Origin: Vitrella brassicaformis CCMP3155
Taxonomy: Eukaryota > Protista > Chromerida
Length of the DNA stretch: 64,000 nt
Assembly: GCA_001179505.1 (NCBI GenBank)
Contig: CDMY01001036.1
Span: 62,001 to 126,000 of the forward strand
Direction: 5' to 3'
Under the pieces are notes generated by a model. That model was not told where the DNA came from and did no database searches. It saw nothing but the letters and a program-made list of their open reading frames with translations. The translations under genes and the position numbers were made by a program. This document shows, in pieces, positions 13,089-26,537 of the stretch. Position 1 is the first letter of the stretch. Every line of letters begins with the position of its first letter.

Positions 13089-14536
13089 TCACTGCTGCTG
13101 ACCAGGAAGGCTGTTCCACAGGCTATCAATCGCAGCAGCCGACCCAGCCCAACCTTCACACGCCTCCCGCACCACTTTGATGCTCGCCTCCCCATCTACC
13201 TTCCCCTCCCAAACCATCGAGCAGCAGAAGAGCACTCCGTGCCGCTCATCCCTGTGCGCCAGTTGCGACGCCAGGAAGGCCAGCCGCTCCAGGAACTGCT
13301 TGAATGGTGTGTGGCTGAGGGTGAGGAGCCTTGTGTGTTGACTGCGGTCGAAGAGTGTCTGGCAGTTGATGAAGTAGAGAGTGCGCCTGGATGTCTTGAG
13401 GAGGTCCATTGACCGCTCGAGGACGTCCTGCAGGTGGGAACTAAAGGATGTGTCGCCGGGAGAGGGGTCAGAGAGAGGTCGATTGATCACCGCGGTGACG
13501 TCCTGCAGACAGCCAACATGAGAAGCGAGAATGTGCGGTCAACGGATTCACTTGTTTGGTGTGCATGCTTGTGGAATGTGTGTGTGTGTGTACGTGTTGG
13601 TGTGTGGCGAACGTCATGAGTCTGTCGAGGTGGTCGCCGCCCAGCTCCAGAAACTGATTGCCGACGAACCGTGTGCTTGCATAAACACACATAGTACTGG
13701 TCCGTCGACGAGCCTGAACGCAAGACAAGGTATCCACGACGTCGGTCGGGTCACGTATGTCACATCTTCACTTATTGATTGACGACCTACCTTCCATGGC
13801 ACATGCTGGCCTAAATGCGTCGATGCCGAACTCATTCCAGAAGAAGAAGAAATCGTCGATCGTCAGCAGAAACAGACCCCTGACGGACACAAAGAGAGAG
13901 GCAGCACGACATCCACACTGACGCCAGCCAGACTCTTTTATCACCTGGCGATGTCTGTGTCCAGGAAGGGCAGGCGGCTCACCTCTCGCGGCGGACACAT
14001 CCTCACCCGGCTGACACACACACACACACGCACGGACGGCCAGAACTGACGCTGCATCCCTCATGCGCGCCAGCTGTGTGTACCTGCAGCAGCCGCACAT
14101 TGATGAAGGAGGCCGACAAGATGGGCAGGAACGATGTCAGCCGCAGAAAGTTGACGTCCGAGGCGTTGGATCAGAGTGGACCTGACGGCGAGCCAACACG
14201 GCAGACACGTCAAGAATGAAGTCAACCGGCATCAGCCGGCAGACAGAGGGTGCTTACTTGCCGGCATTTTGGTCTCCCACGAGGAGGAATGTGAGGACTT
14301 CCACGCCTGGCTTGTGGCCGAGTGCCGCCACCACATTGCTGAGCGTCAGCTCGTCCACCTCCTCGTCATACCTGCAAACACAAACATCAGCACAAGCACA
14401 GCACAGGCACAAGCAGCTGGACGAACGACAACGAATCATCAGATCTGGGTGATGACCTGTCTGGGTGTTTGTAGGAGCATCACTGCTCGAACCCGAAGGG
14501 CGTCCTCACGACGGGAAGCGCCTCCTCAACCTCCAT
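13089..14536 (-). CDS. P-loop (GTPase-like) protein of unknown function; frame continuity unresolved, possibly a pseudogene
   Basis: MEVEEALPVVRTPFGFEQ|YDEEV...TFLLVGDQNAGK|STL matches Walker A GxxxxGKS. Later protein-like segments include LPFLDTDIAR|GLFLLTIDDF, QFLELGGDHLDRL and LYFINCQTLF. Confidence 0.6.
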
Positions 14537-14896
14537 TTTCTCCGCTGCGGTGCGATCGAATCGACGCGCGGGGAAGAGCGGCGAAGGAATGGGGATGAGA
14601 GGAGAGCTCCCCATCCTCTGTTGAAGACGGTTGAGCCATCCATGGGTTGACAAGCCATCGCAACTCATCCATCGCGTGGCGCACCTCATCATCATCGGCC
14701 TCTCTTCGTCGCCTCGTCCAGGCATGGCGAGCGCACCTCTCTCTTCAGCAGCCAACCGACAGAGGACGAGGCCTGTCAGCTACTTGGATAGGGCCACGTG
14801 ACAAGGTATGGCGCATCAGGCGATGGAAGACCATCATCTTTCTGAGATGCTGGCTGGCTGACCTGACCTCCTTTGTTGTGTTCAGGACGGTTGGCC

Positions 14897-15923
14897 ATGT
14901 CTGCGGCTGCACTCGTGGATGGCCTGGCTAGTGACAGCCAACAGACCCGAGCCGACTGCATTCGCGCCCTCGCCGATGAGATCCGCAAGGATCCTGACTG
15001 TGCCAACCTCATCAGGCGTCTGCTGGAGGCCAATAGTCGGGCACTGCTAGCGCTTCTTGAGGCGGTGTCCTCCTCACGCGAGACTGAAAGGCTTGCCGGG
15101 GGGATTGTCCTCTTCGGGCTCACTGTCACACGAGAGAGCGACCTTCTGGACGCCAAAGTGGCTGACCACGCAGGCCCTGTCTGCTGCTGGCTCCACGGAC
15201 AGTCTGGTGGCCATGATGGTCGGCGCCAAGGACGAGGTCGGCGTGTCTGTCGCCTTGAGCGTCTTCTCAGAGGTGTTGCAGCGAGGGATTGAGTCGGGGG
15301 ACTCGGGTGCCCGCGACCTGCTGCTCAGCAAGTACTACGACATCGTGACGACCTGTCTGACCTACCTGGCGTCGCAGAGGGACTCGCACGGCCACCCTTT
15401 CATCTTCAGGCTCATCTTTATCGAATCCATCTTCTCCATACGCTTCCCGACGCCGCCTGCTCCGAGCACGTGGGAGCCTCTGCTGCCATGCCTGTGTGAG
15501 GCGCTGCTGCGCGACGGTGCCCTCTGGTCTGGCAGGCTCCACTACATCAGGCGCCTCAATGAGATCATCGCCGAAATCATCAGCTCCGCACCAAAGACAA
15601 GTAAGAAATGGATGGATGGATGGATGGATGAATGGGTTGATAACACGGAGAGCTGGCATCCACCAGACCAGATGTGTGTCTGTGATGACCTCATCCATCA
15701 GGTGCCTCTGAGATTCTGTCTCGGCTTTTGCCCTCGCATCTCGACAGCAGCATGGCCGTCCTGGACAGCGGCGGCTCCACAGATAGCCTCAATGCGATGG
15801 CCTCAATGCGCTGGCGGGCATCCATCGCGATCTCTCTGATATTCTGCTTCGCCTCTCTGCATCTGGGTCGGCATACCATACCCACACGCTTCTATGATAT
15901 AGTATGATATAGTGCCTGGACCT

Positions 15924-15954
<31 letters not shown>

Positions 15955-18900
15955 CGCAGAGCGTGTAGATGATGATGCTGATCTGGCCGATCTGGCCGAG
16001 TTCGACCGGTTGTGTGAGCCGCTGCTGGAGGCCCCTCGAGCGCTCAGGATCGTCGCAGACCACGTCATGAGAGGACTCAAGGAGCCAGAGCCACTTGTGC
16101 AGACGGTCTCGGGAGACCGATCTGCCAGTCGGCGCGCTGTGGACGACTGTCGAGCCCTTTCTGGCGTGTCCGTCTTTATCCCACGGGCACTCATCTGTGA
16201 GCAGAGACAGGCTCTCTAATTAGTCGGCATACATGCATCTGTTGTGCGTGTGCGTGCAGGTGTTGGTCACACTGCTGCAGTGATTCAGGCGGGCTTCCCC
16301 GATGTCATCATGGCACTCACACAGCACTGCCAGCACAGCAACGGGTTATTTGACGACGCCGTCGACTTCGCCCCACACGTGCTCGGTGTCATGTATGCAT
16401 TCACAGACGCAAACGACAAGGTGGGGGGGGGCGCTAACGGAGGGAGGTCTCATGATACTCTCGGATACGTGTGTGTGTGTTTGTATCGATGTGTGCAGAT
16501 GATGATCGACATGGGTGCGGTAGAGGTCGTGTGCGATTTGTTGCTCAAGCGCCACGCAGAGAAGATTCCAGCACATGCCACGACCACCGATTCGCCAGCG
16601 CCACTAGGTGTGGTCGGACGGTGTTGGCAAATCCTGGGCAAGGTGGTCATGTAAGCATCCAGACCCGATATGAGATGCCCACACACATAACGGTCACATG
16701 TGATGTGTTTGTTGCATGTGTTTATCTCGATGCTTCCATCCAGCTATGGCGAGTCCCGCGTGCGTCCCAATGCGCCGCACAACAAGGTCTCTCAAAAGAT
16801 CCTGCAGGTGACTGACTGATGAGCAACCTAGGTCATGCCTCCTCAGCTTGGCAAGCTGTTACGGTTTCTTTTGTCCGTTTCCAGAATGCATCCGTCCAGA
16901 AGTTGCGTGAGCTTCACCGCTCCACCGGTGGCCTCGACGTCCAAGACACCAGCAGGCGCTCCAAGGCCAAGAAGGGCAGGATCAAGGGGCACTCAAACGC
17001 GAAGCCATCCCAGTAGGCCAACTAAGCGATGGACGGATCTGTTTCTCTCGGGTGGCTGGCATGGATGCCGTGGATGGCATGCAGGCCATGCAGCCCGCCA
17101 GACCCCACCTCTTGCCCGCCGTCATCCTCCTCCTCATCCCCGTCAGATCAGAAGGCCGACGGCGCAGCAGGGAAGGACGCTGCTCGTGGGGCGACACCTC
17201 TCGCCGGCGTCCTGGCGTTCTTGGACCAGATCGAAGAGAAGGAGAACGATCGTGCTGCGGCCGTGTTAGCTGACCTCATGGCGACCGACGAGAGGGCGGA
17301 GAAGGACAAGACGGCGGGGAAGGGCGGGGGGAAGGCTGGAAAGGGCAAAGGGCCACCGAGTGTGGCCGAGTCTGCGCGCTCCTATGGCGTGTAAGTGGGC
17401 AACGACACGGCAAGCCCCCGCCACTGATTGGTGTGTGTACCGTTTGCTTGTATCTGTCAGGTGTGTTGATGGTCGTGATGCCTCTGACAGAGTGGCTGCC
17501 GCCGGACCCCAGGCAGGGTGTGTGGGCGGGAGGGAACACTGCACGGCTGCCAGCACACATGCACTGTGTGTGGGTCTATCTGGGACAGATCTGCTGGTGC
17601 TGGTGCTGTCCCAGGGGAGAGGGACCCTCAGCCCAGCGGCAGGAGGAGGAAGAATCGGAAGAAGAAGCTCAACAAGGGCAGGGGCGAATCGCAGTAAGTG
17701 ATGGAAGGAGAGAGGGAGGGGGAAGGGGCTGCATTACGGTGGACTGTGTCATCCATTTTGGCTCCCAAAGGTGTGTTGAGTCGGTGGCCGAAGAGGGCGT
17801 GGAGCATGACGGTGGTGGCGACGTAGAGGACGCTGGTGCTGACGGCGATGACATAGACACACGGCAGGAGAGGTCAGCACACACAACACAACACGACACA
17901 ACACAGCAAACCTGTCACCCCTCACTGATACGTACTGCATCCTCTCTTGATTTACAGGCCAATGTCCGAGTCTGCGGACACGACGCGGCCTTCTTCTCGC
18001 TCGTCCGCTGCCGAGCCTCTCTGGCCTGCCGCCAAGCCTTTGCAGGGCGTCGGAAGCGGCACGGCTGGGCAGGCCGGCAGTGGCCCGGGGGCGGGGTTGC
18101 GAGAGGGCCATGGTCTCGCTGCCCTTTCGCCTTCGGTCAGTGGCGCGGTGGCCGCATCGTTCGGAGCTGGGCCGGCACTCACACGGGCGACCGACAAGCA
18201 ACATCCACCACAGCAAGATGGAGAGGACAGGTCCGTTGCGTGCCCCAGACAGGCATCTGCACCGTGGCAGACGTGTCATTTGTGTGTTGGGTGTGCAGTG
18301 AGGATGAGGACGAGCATGAGGTGCAGACCCAGATGGCCATCGCTGCATCGCTGGACGACGCCACCACCGCTGCCATGGTGCGCCCGCCATCCATGCCGCC
18401 TTCTTCGTCGATGATGTCTGGCGGCTACGCCAGTGGCGCACCCGCAGCAGCAGCAGCGGCGGCGGCGTCGCTCGGGCCTCTGAAGGATGCAGTGTGCAGG
18501 GCTATAGAGGAGCAGCAGAGGTCAGCAAAGGATCTTATGATGGAGGGATGGGCGGACGATTGGCTGCGTCATGTGTGTGTCCATGTCATTCATCTGCAGC
18601 ATGGAGCGTGCTTATGGCGAGGCGCTTGAGCGGCACTCGACCATCATGGTGCGGACCAACAAGCTCAGCGCGGCCATGAGGGCACTCACAGAAGCCACGC
18701 AAGAGCAACCAGACACGTACAAAGATGGAAATGAAGCGCTCTGAATCATCTTAAATCGATTCCTGTGGTGCGTCAGGTTGACTCGCGATGCGCTGATGGC
18801 CCTGACGACGGCAGCGGAGGTGTGTGAGTTCGGCGAGAGGGTCACGCGCGAAGACGAGCGGCTCGACCAACTCTACCGTCGTGCATGCGATTCCTCCCGC

Positions 18901-19861
18901 ACCAGCAGTAGCGACACACGTGCCGGCAACGGCAGCGGGTCCCTGTTTGGCCGTCTGCCGTCCCCGTCTGCAGCATTTGATGTAGCGCGCAACAATGATC
19001 GCATTCCAAGGTGAGTAACGACACCATACACACACACACACAGAAGTGATTGATCGGCACTCACTCAGGTCCTCGCGTCATGACGAGATAGCTGACGAGG
19101 TCGATTCGATGTCATCGGAGGGGCAGCTGCGCGAGATGCTGCAGAGCACCAAGGCCAAGCTGCGACAGTGAGCACACGCACGTAGAAACGAGCGAGGGAG
19201 TATGTTCATACTGCCCCTTGGCTCTCCTGTAGGCTGGAGGTGGACATCTCGACGGTGACGGAGGCGACTGCGGCAGCCGAGGCGACCACCATACCAACAC
19301 TCCAGCAACAACACGACCGCCTGCTGCAGATAGCCCGCACATGGTAGACACACGCGCACACGAGTTTAGCCGCCAATGCACCGCACCCTTGTTCGTTCTG
19401 TTGTTGTGTTGCGTGTATGCAGCTTGACGGAGTACCGGCTGTCATCCCTCCAGTCACCTGAAGATGTGGAGGCCTTCAAGCGCGACATCACCAAGGCCAG
19501 GGAGGCACTGCGGGCACTCAACAAGGAGGCCAGCAAGATAGAGGGTCGGCTGGAGGAACGCGAAGCAGCGGCCGCCTCTGCTGCTGCGGCACCGCCTCCC
19601 CCTCCCCGTCCCATCTGCGGCATCTGCAACGACAGCCCGCCCACAGTGCTATTTTATCCCTGTGGTCACCTGTGCCTGTGTGCCGATTGTTGGCAGCAGT
19701 GGAAGGGCAGACACGAGAGGGCCAAGGCAGAGAAGGCGCGGCTGGAGGGGGCGGGCCAGCCGGTGCCTGAGGAGGTGCGTCGGTATGCGGTGCTGAGATG
19801 CCCTTCCTGCCGGAGCGAGCCCGAGAAGACGATCCTAGCGCACGTGCAGACGGAGGATTGA
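14897..19861 (+). CDS. Helical-repeat (ARM/HEAT-like) + UIM-like + coiled-coil + C3HC4 RING protein (putative E3 ubiquitin ligase), paralog 1
   Basis: Leu/Ala-rich helical N-terminal exons; EDEDEHEVQTQMAIAASLDD (UIM-like, ~18300-18360); C-terminal CGICNDSPPTVLFYPCGHLCLCADCW...VLRCPSCR RING. Joining everything into one gene is inferred. Confidence 0.7.
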
Positions 19862-20268
19862 GTAGATCAGACAGGCAGAGGGGAAGGGCGGGCGGTGTTG
19901 TACAGGTGGTGGACGGTGGATGGTGGGGGATGCCTGATGACCGACTCACCATCAGCAGCCAGCCAGCCAGCGTAGCTTTCATTACATTCCATTGCATTTC
20001 ATGGTCATACAAGACACATTTCACGTAAATGTCGTTGGATGGCCTCATAGTCTGTCGGCACATTACTGGCCTGCCTGACACATGGCTGATACACATAAAC
20101 CGAACCGCATGCCGCCACACATCCATCCAACATATCCGACTTACTACACAAAAAAAGGCTCAGCTCACTTCTTACTACCCACACATCACACTAATGCCCT
20201 CGCTCAAGTGCTGTGCCCCTGCTGCCGCACAGGCTCATCCCCCGACCGTGACGCCGATCAGCCCCCAG

Positions 20269-20904
20269 ATGCCCCCAAGCCGGCAACTTAAGGCCTACAA
20301 GTTGCTCGCCTCGGACGATAGGTGCGCTGCGCGTGCCCCTTTCCACAATTACGAAGTTGCCCAAGTGGAGATCTGTCTTCTGACGCAGTGTGTGGTGTGT
20401 GTTCAGATCACACGTCCAGTTAGTGCATCTCGCCACCGGCCATCGGCATCAAGGATGAAGTGGTGGGTGCCCCAGCCTAAGCAGGTATGGAACCCATCCT
20501 GGAAGCTGCCCAAGTTCAGCACCATGCACCGCCTCGACAAGTCGTTCTTCGCGGCCGTCCCCGCCGCCTTGGTCATGTTCCTTGTATACCAATGGGGAAA
20601 CCCTCCTAAGGTACGTTGACGCAGAAACGGTGCACACATCGACACAGACACAGACACGGACAACACACACACAGATCTGTCTGTCGGTCTGTCGGTCTGT
20701 TTGCCTGCATCCCTGGTGCAGGGCGTGCCAGTTCCTGGCGACAAGGACTATGAGATCGAGAGGGTCGAGTGGATCAGGGAGGCCAAGGAGCGGCAGGAGC
20801 GGCTGAAGCGCGGCGGTCCCGTGGAGGACGACGAGTCGCTCTCCTTCCTCACCAGCAATCCTTACGAGGGAATGGGCAAGTTCCACACGCCGAGAACCAC
20901 CTGA
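20269..20904 (+). CDS. Small single-pass membrane protein, possibly mitochondrial
   Basis: Three exons: MPPSRQLKAYKLLASDDR|ITRPVSASRHRPSASRMKWWVPQPKQVWNPSWKLPKFSTMHRLDKSFFAAVPAALVMFLVYQWGNPPK|GVPVPGDKDYEIERVEWIREAKERQE...*. Basic N-terminus and one hydrophobic helix. Confidence 0.65.
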
Positions 20905-21672
20905 CTGACGAGAGAGCGAGAGAAGCGGGGGACGGAAGGCCGTGACGTGACGGGCTGTTTGGTGTGGTGTGCAGTGGGTGGTGCTGGCCCTCTTGGCTCG
21001 CTGACTGATCAATGCTCCTGGCCCGTCGCTGGCCCTTGGGTTTCCTGCCTTCTGCTTGGCTGATGCCTTGGTGGTGTGGGTAGCTTCCCACACCGTCACG
21101 GCGTCGGCCATGCGCATGGCACAGGGAATCGAAGGACAGACGATGGACAGGGGGTGCTGTGGCTGTGGTGGGGGGATGCTTGTTGTAGTGGGGGGCTGCG
21201 AAGGTTGCTTGGTTGATTGCGTGTGGATGGATGGATGTGTGTGGGCCTTGATCGGGTGTTGTCCGTCCCGTGCTGCGACCGCATTCAGCCCTCAGCTGAT
21301 GCACACAGCTGAGAGATGAGTGCGGAAGAGAGAGGGACTGTCACTGCTCGACAGCCTCACGCGTACAGTCCGCCTGCGCTCATCGTGTTGGTGTGAGGGA
21401 GAGAGCACTTGGTGTTGATATGGGTGAGAAGGGAGGTACGGCAATGACGATCTCAGCGAGGAGCTTTATGGTGTTTGTTTGTGGGCGATGTGTGTGGTGT
21501 GAGATACGGACACACAGCAATGCTCTGTACAATCGCTTTTCAGTCCTCCCATCCGATCATGAGTTCATCCAGCCCAACCCAACCCAAGCCGACATCCTAA
21601 CCTCCTCTCTCGCCCGCCCCCTCACACACACGACGGCCCGCACACACCCACACACTCATCTATCCAGTTACT

Positions 21673-24600
21673 CTACCCCCTGCCCCCAACTCCCCGCCCG
21701 AACAGAGGCGGCCGGCCACGGCCGGTGTTGCTGCTGTAGGGATGGTGATACATACTGGGGTAATTGGGGGGCGGAGTGAGGGGCCGCACTAAGTGCTGCT
21801 GGGGCATCCGTGGCATCGGTCTGTGCACCAGCTGCGGGCTGTGGGCCACCGCCTGCACCCCTGCTGCTGGTGGTGCTGGGTGATACATGGGGCCCGGTGG
21901 GGGAGATGGGAAGGCAGGGCCCTGGCCACGCTGACAAGGAAAACAGAGAGAAGACAATTGTCTGTCTTCGTCTGTTGTGTTGTGTTGTGTTGTGTGTGTG
22001 TGTGGTTCTTACGTGTCTGAGGTTGGTGGGCATGTGTGGCTGTGTGACGAGGCGTGTGTTGACGCCCGGCCGCTCGTCCCCCCCACTCCCACTAACGAAC
22101 CGCCGAGGTGCTGCAGGGGAGGTGGGCGTCGTCACCGTACCAGCCACACCCAGCGCCAGAGGACTGCAGCCAGGAAACAACCAAAGGAGACAGACCATCT
22201 TCTCCTCTCTCTCTCTCTCTCTCCTGTGTGCCTCACACACAAGTGTATGTATTACCGACCGGTGGCCGTGTCTCATGAGGGGTGGTGGTCCGGGTGCCAC
22301 CAGCGGTGCCCCCACCCCCCTCCCCCGCCCCAGCTGCAGCATGGGTGTCATCGGCGGCCGCAGGCTAGGCATGTTCATGACCGGGGCCGGCCCCCTCTCA
22401 CACGTGTCGTCCTCCGCACCACCCACCTGCCCAAGCGCATCCCTCAATGCTACTGGTCCACCACCCCTACCGCCGCCCTCCTTCCCCACACCCTTGGCGG
22501 CCGCCTTGTCTGCCGGCTTCGTCACGCTCTCACGGTTGGCGCGCAGCCCGTCGGTCGACCTGCTGGGTTTTCCACTGCCCAGCGTCTTTGGGTTCGCTGC
22601 CGCTGCTGCTGCTGCTGCGGGGGATGGTTTGGCTGTGGCCGCCCGTTTCTGTGTGTGTGGCGGGTGTGGGTGGTGTGGTGCTGTGGTGGTCTTCTGGTTG
22701 CGGAAGGGCGACGAGCTCCGGACGAATGGACGGTGGTGGGGCGGGTTGTGGGAGGCCTCGCGGCCGTCGGCAGGGGCCAGCAGATTGCGATGCGACGAAG
22801 AGGGACTGCCTAAGAGCAGAAAGCAAAAGAGAGATAGAGGAAGACACAGATGCATATCTATGCAGTGCTGTGTTATCCTATTGGTTTGTGTGTGGGGTGT
22901 ATGGATACCTCCTTTGTCGTTCATTTTGGGATGTGTGGCCTTCTTGGGTGGTTGATGGTGATGGCGCGGCGGTGGCTGAGACGAGAGGACCGGCCGACGG
23001 CCGCCATGGCCCCTGAAAGCAAAGCAGGCGGACAAACATGTTCTTGTCTTGATGGATGTCCACCGGTTCTGGCTTACTTGGCCTGGGTGCCCTCGGGTGG
23101 CTTTGGCGACGTCTGTCTGCCCCTCGTGCGCTCATGGTGAGTGGCACCACGCGGCGGCCGCTCCTCGCCTCTCCCCCTACCGCCCCGCCCAACATTGGCC
23201 GCCTGCCCCCGCCCATCCCTTCTGTGCATCCCCGCACCTGCTGCCGGTGCTGCTGCTGCACCGACCCCCCGGCCCTCTCTCCCTTGCCCATGCCCATGCC
23301 CATGCGGCGCCGTACTTGGTGGTGGCTGCGACGAGACACGATTCTGAGAACCGCCCCCGACCATCCCTGTCGAGATGCGGGGCCGCACTGACGTCGGCAT
23401 GACCGCCGTCTTGGCGGGGGGCTGGGGCTGCTGCTGCTGGTGGTGGTGGTGTTGCTTTTGCTGCTGCTGCTGCTGGAAGGCCATGTTGGGTATGTTGGGG
23501 GTCCTGTGGATGGGGATTGGCGATGCCATTACGTGTCTGTAGAGGTTGATGGGGTTGGGGAGGGGCGATTGCGCCACCGAGTGGGAGACGGGCAGCGGGA
23601 CGCGAGGAGGGTATGGATGAGGATGCAGCTGGACGGCTACCGGAGAAAACGGCGGCGGAGGGAGACTGCACATACACACACAGAGGAGACAGTAAGTTTT
23701 GCGAGAGGGATATGTTACGGCCGCTCTCTGTGTTTCTGTCTTCCTGTCTTCCTTACCCATGCATAGCGGCCCCTGGCAGCGGCTTTGCCAGCGCGCCGCG
23801 TGGCTGTGGGACGTGGGGGTCCATGGGCAGTTGCCGCCTGGCCCGCTCCGCCTCCTGCTTCTTCATCTCCATCTGCCGCTCCTCCTGCCGCAGCACTGGG
23901 CTCATGTAGACTGCATCCGAATAGGCATACTTGCCGCTGTCATTCTCGACGGGCGGCGGAGAGGTCTCTCGGGGGACACGCACCAGCGGCTGATGAAGAA
24001 GGACACAGGGAGATAGAGGGAGGGAGGGAGGGAGGGAGGAGAGATCAGTGAGGGTTTGTTCGTTGTCCTGTCCTCCTCACCGCTCGTTTCGGTCCGACAG
24101 CGGCGTCCGTCTTTCGTCTGTGTTTGGTGGGAGCTGCACCGTCGATGTCGGGTGGCGTGTCCTGGTCGTGCTGACGTCTGCGGGGCGGGGCGGCGTCGCG
24201 ATGCATGACCGCCGGTGTGGCCGGCGGCACTGTGCCCAGTACTGTGCTGCGGGGCACGTGGGCCTGCGGATGCACCTCTGCACACACAGACATTCAGAGG
24301 CATGTTGCGACTAGGGTGCGTGTGGGATGTCTGTCTGTCTGTCCAATTGTGTCTGTCTGTCTGTCTGTCTGTGAGGGTTGCTTTACTCGTCCGTTTCTCC
24401 AGGTGTTTCTTGACCCAGGGGTGGTGCATGATCTCTGTGGGGGGCCACACACACACAGCAATATGACACACAGTCTGTGTGTGGGTGGGGGATGGATGAA
24501 CGGATGGATGGATGGATGGCGTACACACCCCATAGCTCCAGCCTTTGTTTGGCGTTGTACACCACCAGCCGCTTGATCAGATCGCTCACGTCACTAGGCA

Positions 24601-26433
24601 CATACTGACACACACACACACACACACACTTACACGTGAGAAGAGACTTCGCGGCTCGGCTTTCTGGCTCCAATGATTTCCTACCTCTGGTATGGTGTAG
24701 TCGACATTGAGTATGCCGAGCAGCAGCGCCTCCCACGACATGCTGGCGAACGGCGGCCGGCCGACGAAGAACTCATACAGCAGCACACCCAGACCCCATA
24801 TGTCCACTCGGTAGTCGTGGCCCGGACGCGCCAACGCCATCTGCACGTGCACACACAGACACAGCACACGGTCGCGGAGAATGAGAACCAATTGTCGCAT
24901 CTGCATGCATATGCACCTGCCCACCGACTTACCTCTGGCGCGAGGTAATCCAGCGATCCTGACACAAGGCACAGACACAGAGACATACGCGGCCGTGTTC
25001 TTTGTCTTCAGCCCAGCTCACCGCAGAACGTGTTGCGCAGCCCGTCCACGGCCAGCCGCTGGCGGCCGGCGGCGGTCGGGGGGCCCGACATTAGCCGATG
25101 CCTCTCGATGGGTGCCGCCCAGCCGAGGTCCACCAACTTGATCAGACCGTCAGACCCGATCAGCAGATTCTCGGGCTGCCAGACACAGAGGGGGGAGAGA
25201 TGGTGTCTGTTTGTGTGTACTTTCTTACTCACTTTGAGGTCTCTGTGGAAGAAGCCTGACGCGTGCATGTGCGCCAACGCCAACACTACCTGCAGCCACA
25301 TACACATGTGCACACCACGAAGGTAGGTATCCACAGAGATGGAGGGCACGTGTGTGTGTGGCGTAATGCTGCCCGCCCTTTCCGTTACCTGCAGGAAGTA
25401 TATGAATGCGTCGTCCTCGTTGAAGCGCGGGGGCCGACGGGTGCGCATCCGGTGGTACAACTCGCCCTACGGACACACACACACACACACACACGGCATA
25501 CAAAGGAGGGAGGAAAGGATGAGGGGGACGATGTGCCTACCTTGCCACAGATGTCCATTATGAGGTAGACATGGAAATCGTCCTCCAACACCTTATGCAG
25601 CCTGCACAGACGTCATCCACCTCACACCCTTTGCATGTCTGTCTGTCTGTGGTGCGGTTTCTACTACTTGATGAGGTTGGGGTGGTCCAGGAGCTGCATT
25701 GTGGATATCTCCTTCTCCACCTGGGCCACCATGCTCCGATTGTCCCCACTCTCCAACGCACGGGCCTTGCGAATCTGACACACACAGTACACACACACAC
25801 ACATCACATCCTTAGCAGCACATTCATTTCAACTCGCTCTGGCGGGGTGGGGTCACCAAGTGCGATGGCGTACTTACGTGTTTGACGGCGTATATCTTGT
25901 TGCCTCCCTTGACATGGATGGCGTGCACCTCGCCAAACGAACCCTTACCCAGCAAACACTCCTCCTGCCTCACACAACACCACACAACACACAAGACAAC
26001 ACATTGCATCGCCTCTACTCTCTCTCTTGTCCATTCCTGCCTGCGGTCCGATAGGTGTGATGTCCTCGAGTGTGAGGTTCTTCCAGTCCACCTGGCCCGT
26101 GTCAGGCGGCTCGTCGGCAAACTCCGGCAACAACGACCGCAGCAGCCGCCGGGCATACTCCTTGCTCCCAATCTGCGATACGCTCAGCGGCACGTCCACA
26201 TCCGATAATGGGTAATAGGCCCGCCTCGATGATGCATACGGTGATGCATGGGCGGGGGTGACTGTGGCCTGGTTGAGTGCGAGGAGGGGCGGGTATGGGT
26301 GGTGGTGGTGCGGCCTCACGGGCACCGGCCGGGCGTGGAAGGCATACGCAGGCACCGCCGGCAGCCGGGGCGACGGACCTGCTGCTGTGGTGACGGTGAC
26401 ATGGTGGGGTGCCCCGGGCAGAGGATGCATCAT
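21673..26433 (-). CDS. Aurora-like Ser/Thr protein kinase with long Pro/Gln/Ala low-complexity C-terminal tail
   Basis: LLGKGSFGEV, YAVK, EKEISTMQLLDHPNLIK, HRDLK|PENLL, DLGWAA, RNTFCG|SLDYLAPE, HDYRVDIWGLGVLLYEFFVGRPPF, IMHHPWV. Attachment of the low-complexity exons at 21673-24300 is inferred from strand and splice sites. Confidence 0.85.
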
Positions 26434-26537
26434 CCTACTTCATCTGAAGGTTGCATCGAGGGGGGTTTGAAGTTCGATTGCAACCATCGTACTCCTCGTG
26501 GGGTTTGTAAATGCATGCGCGCTATTTCAGCCGAACC

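Noticed and set aside
15159-15174. Apparent 16-nt GT...AG micro-intron (gtggctgaccacgcag) that would repair a frame change in the RING paralog 1 gene
   Set aside because: A conventional ~110-nt intron from an upstream GT (~15065) to the same AG restores the frame equally well and matches local intron sizes.
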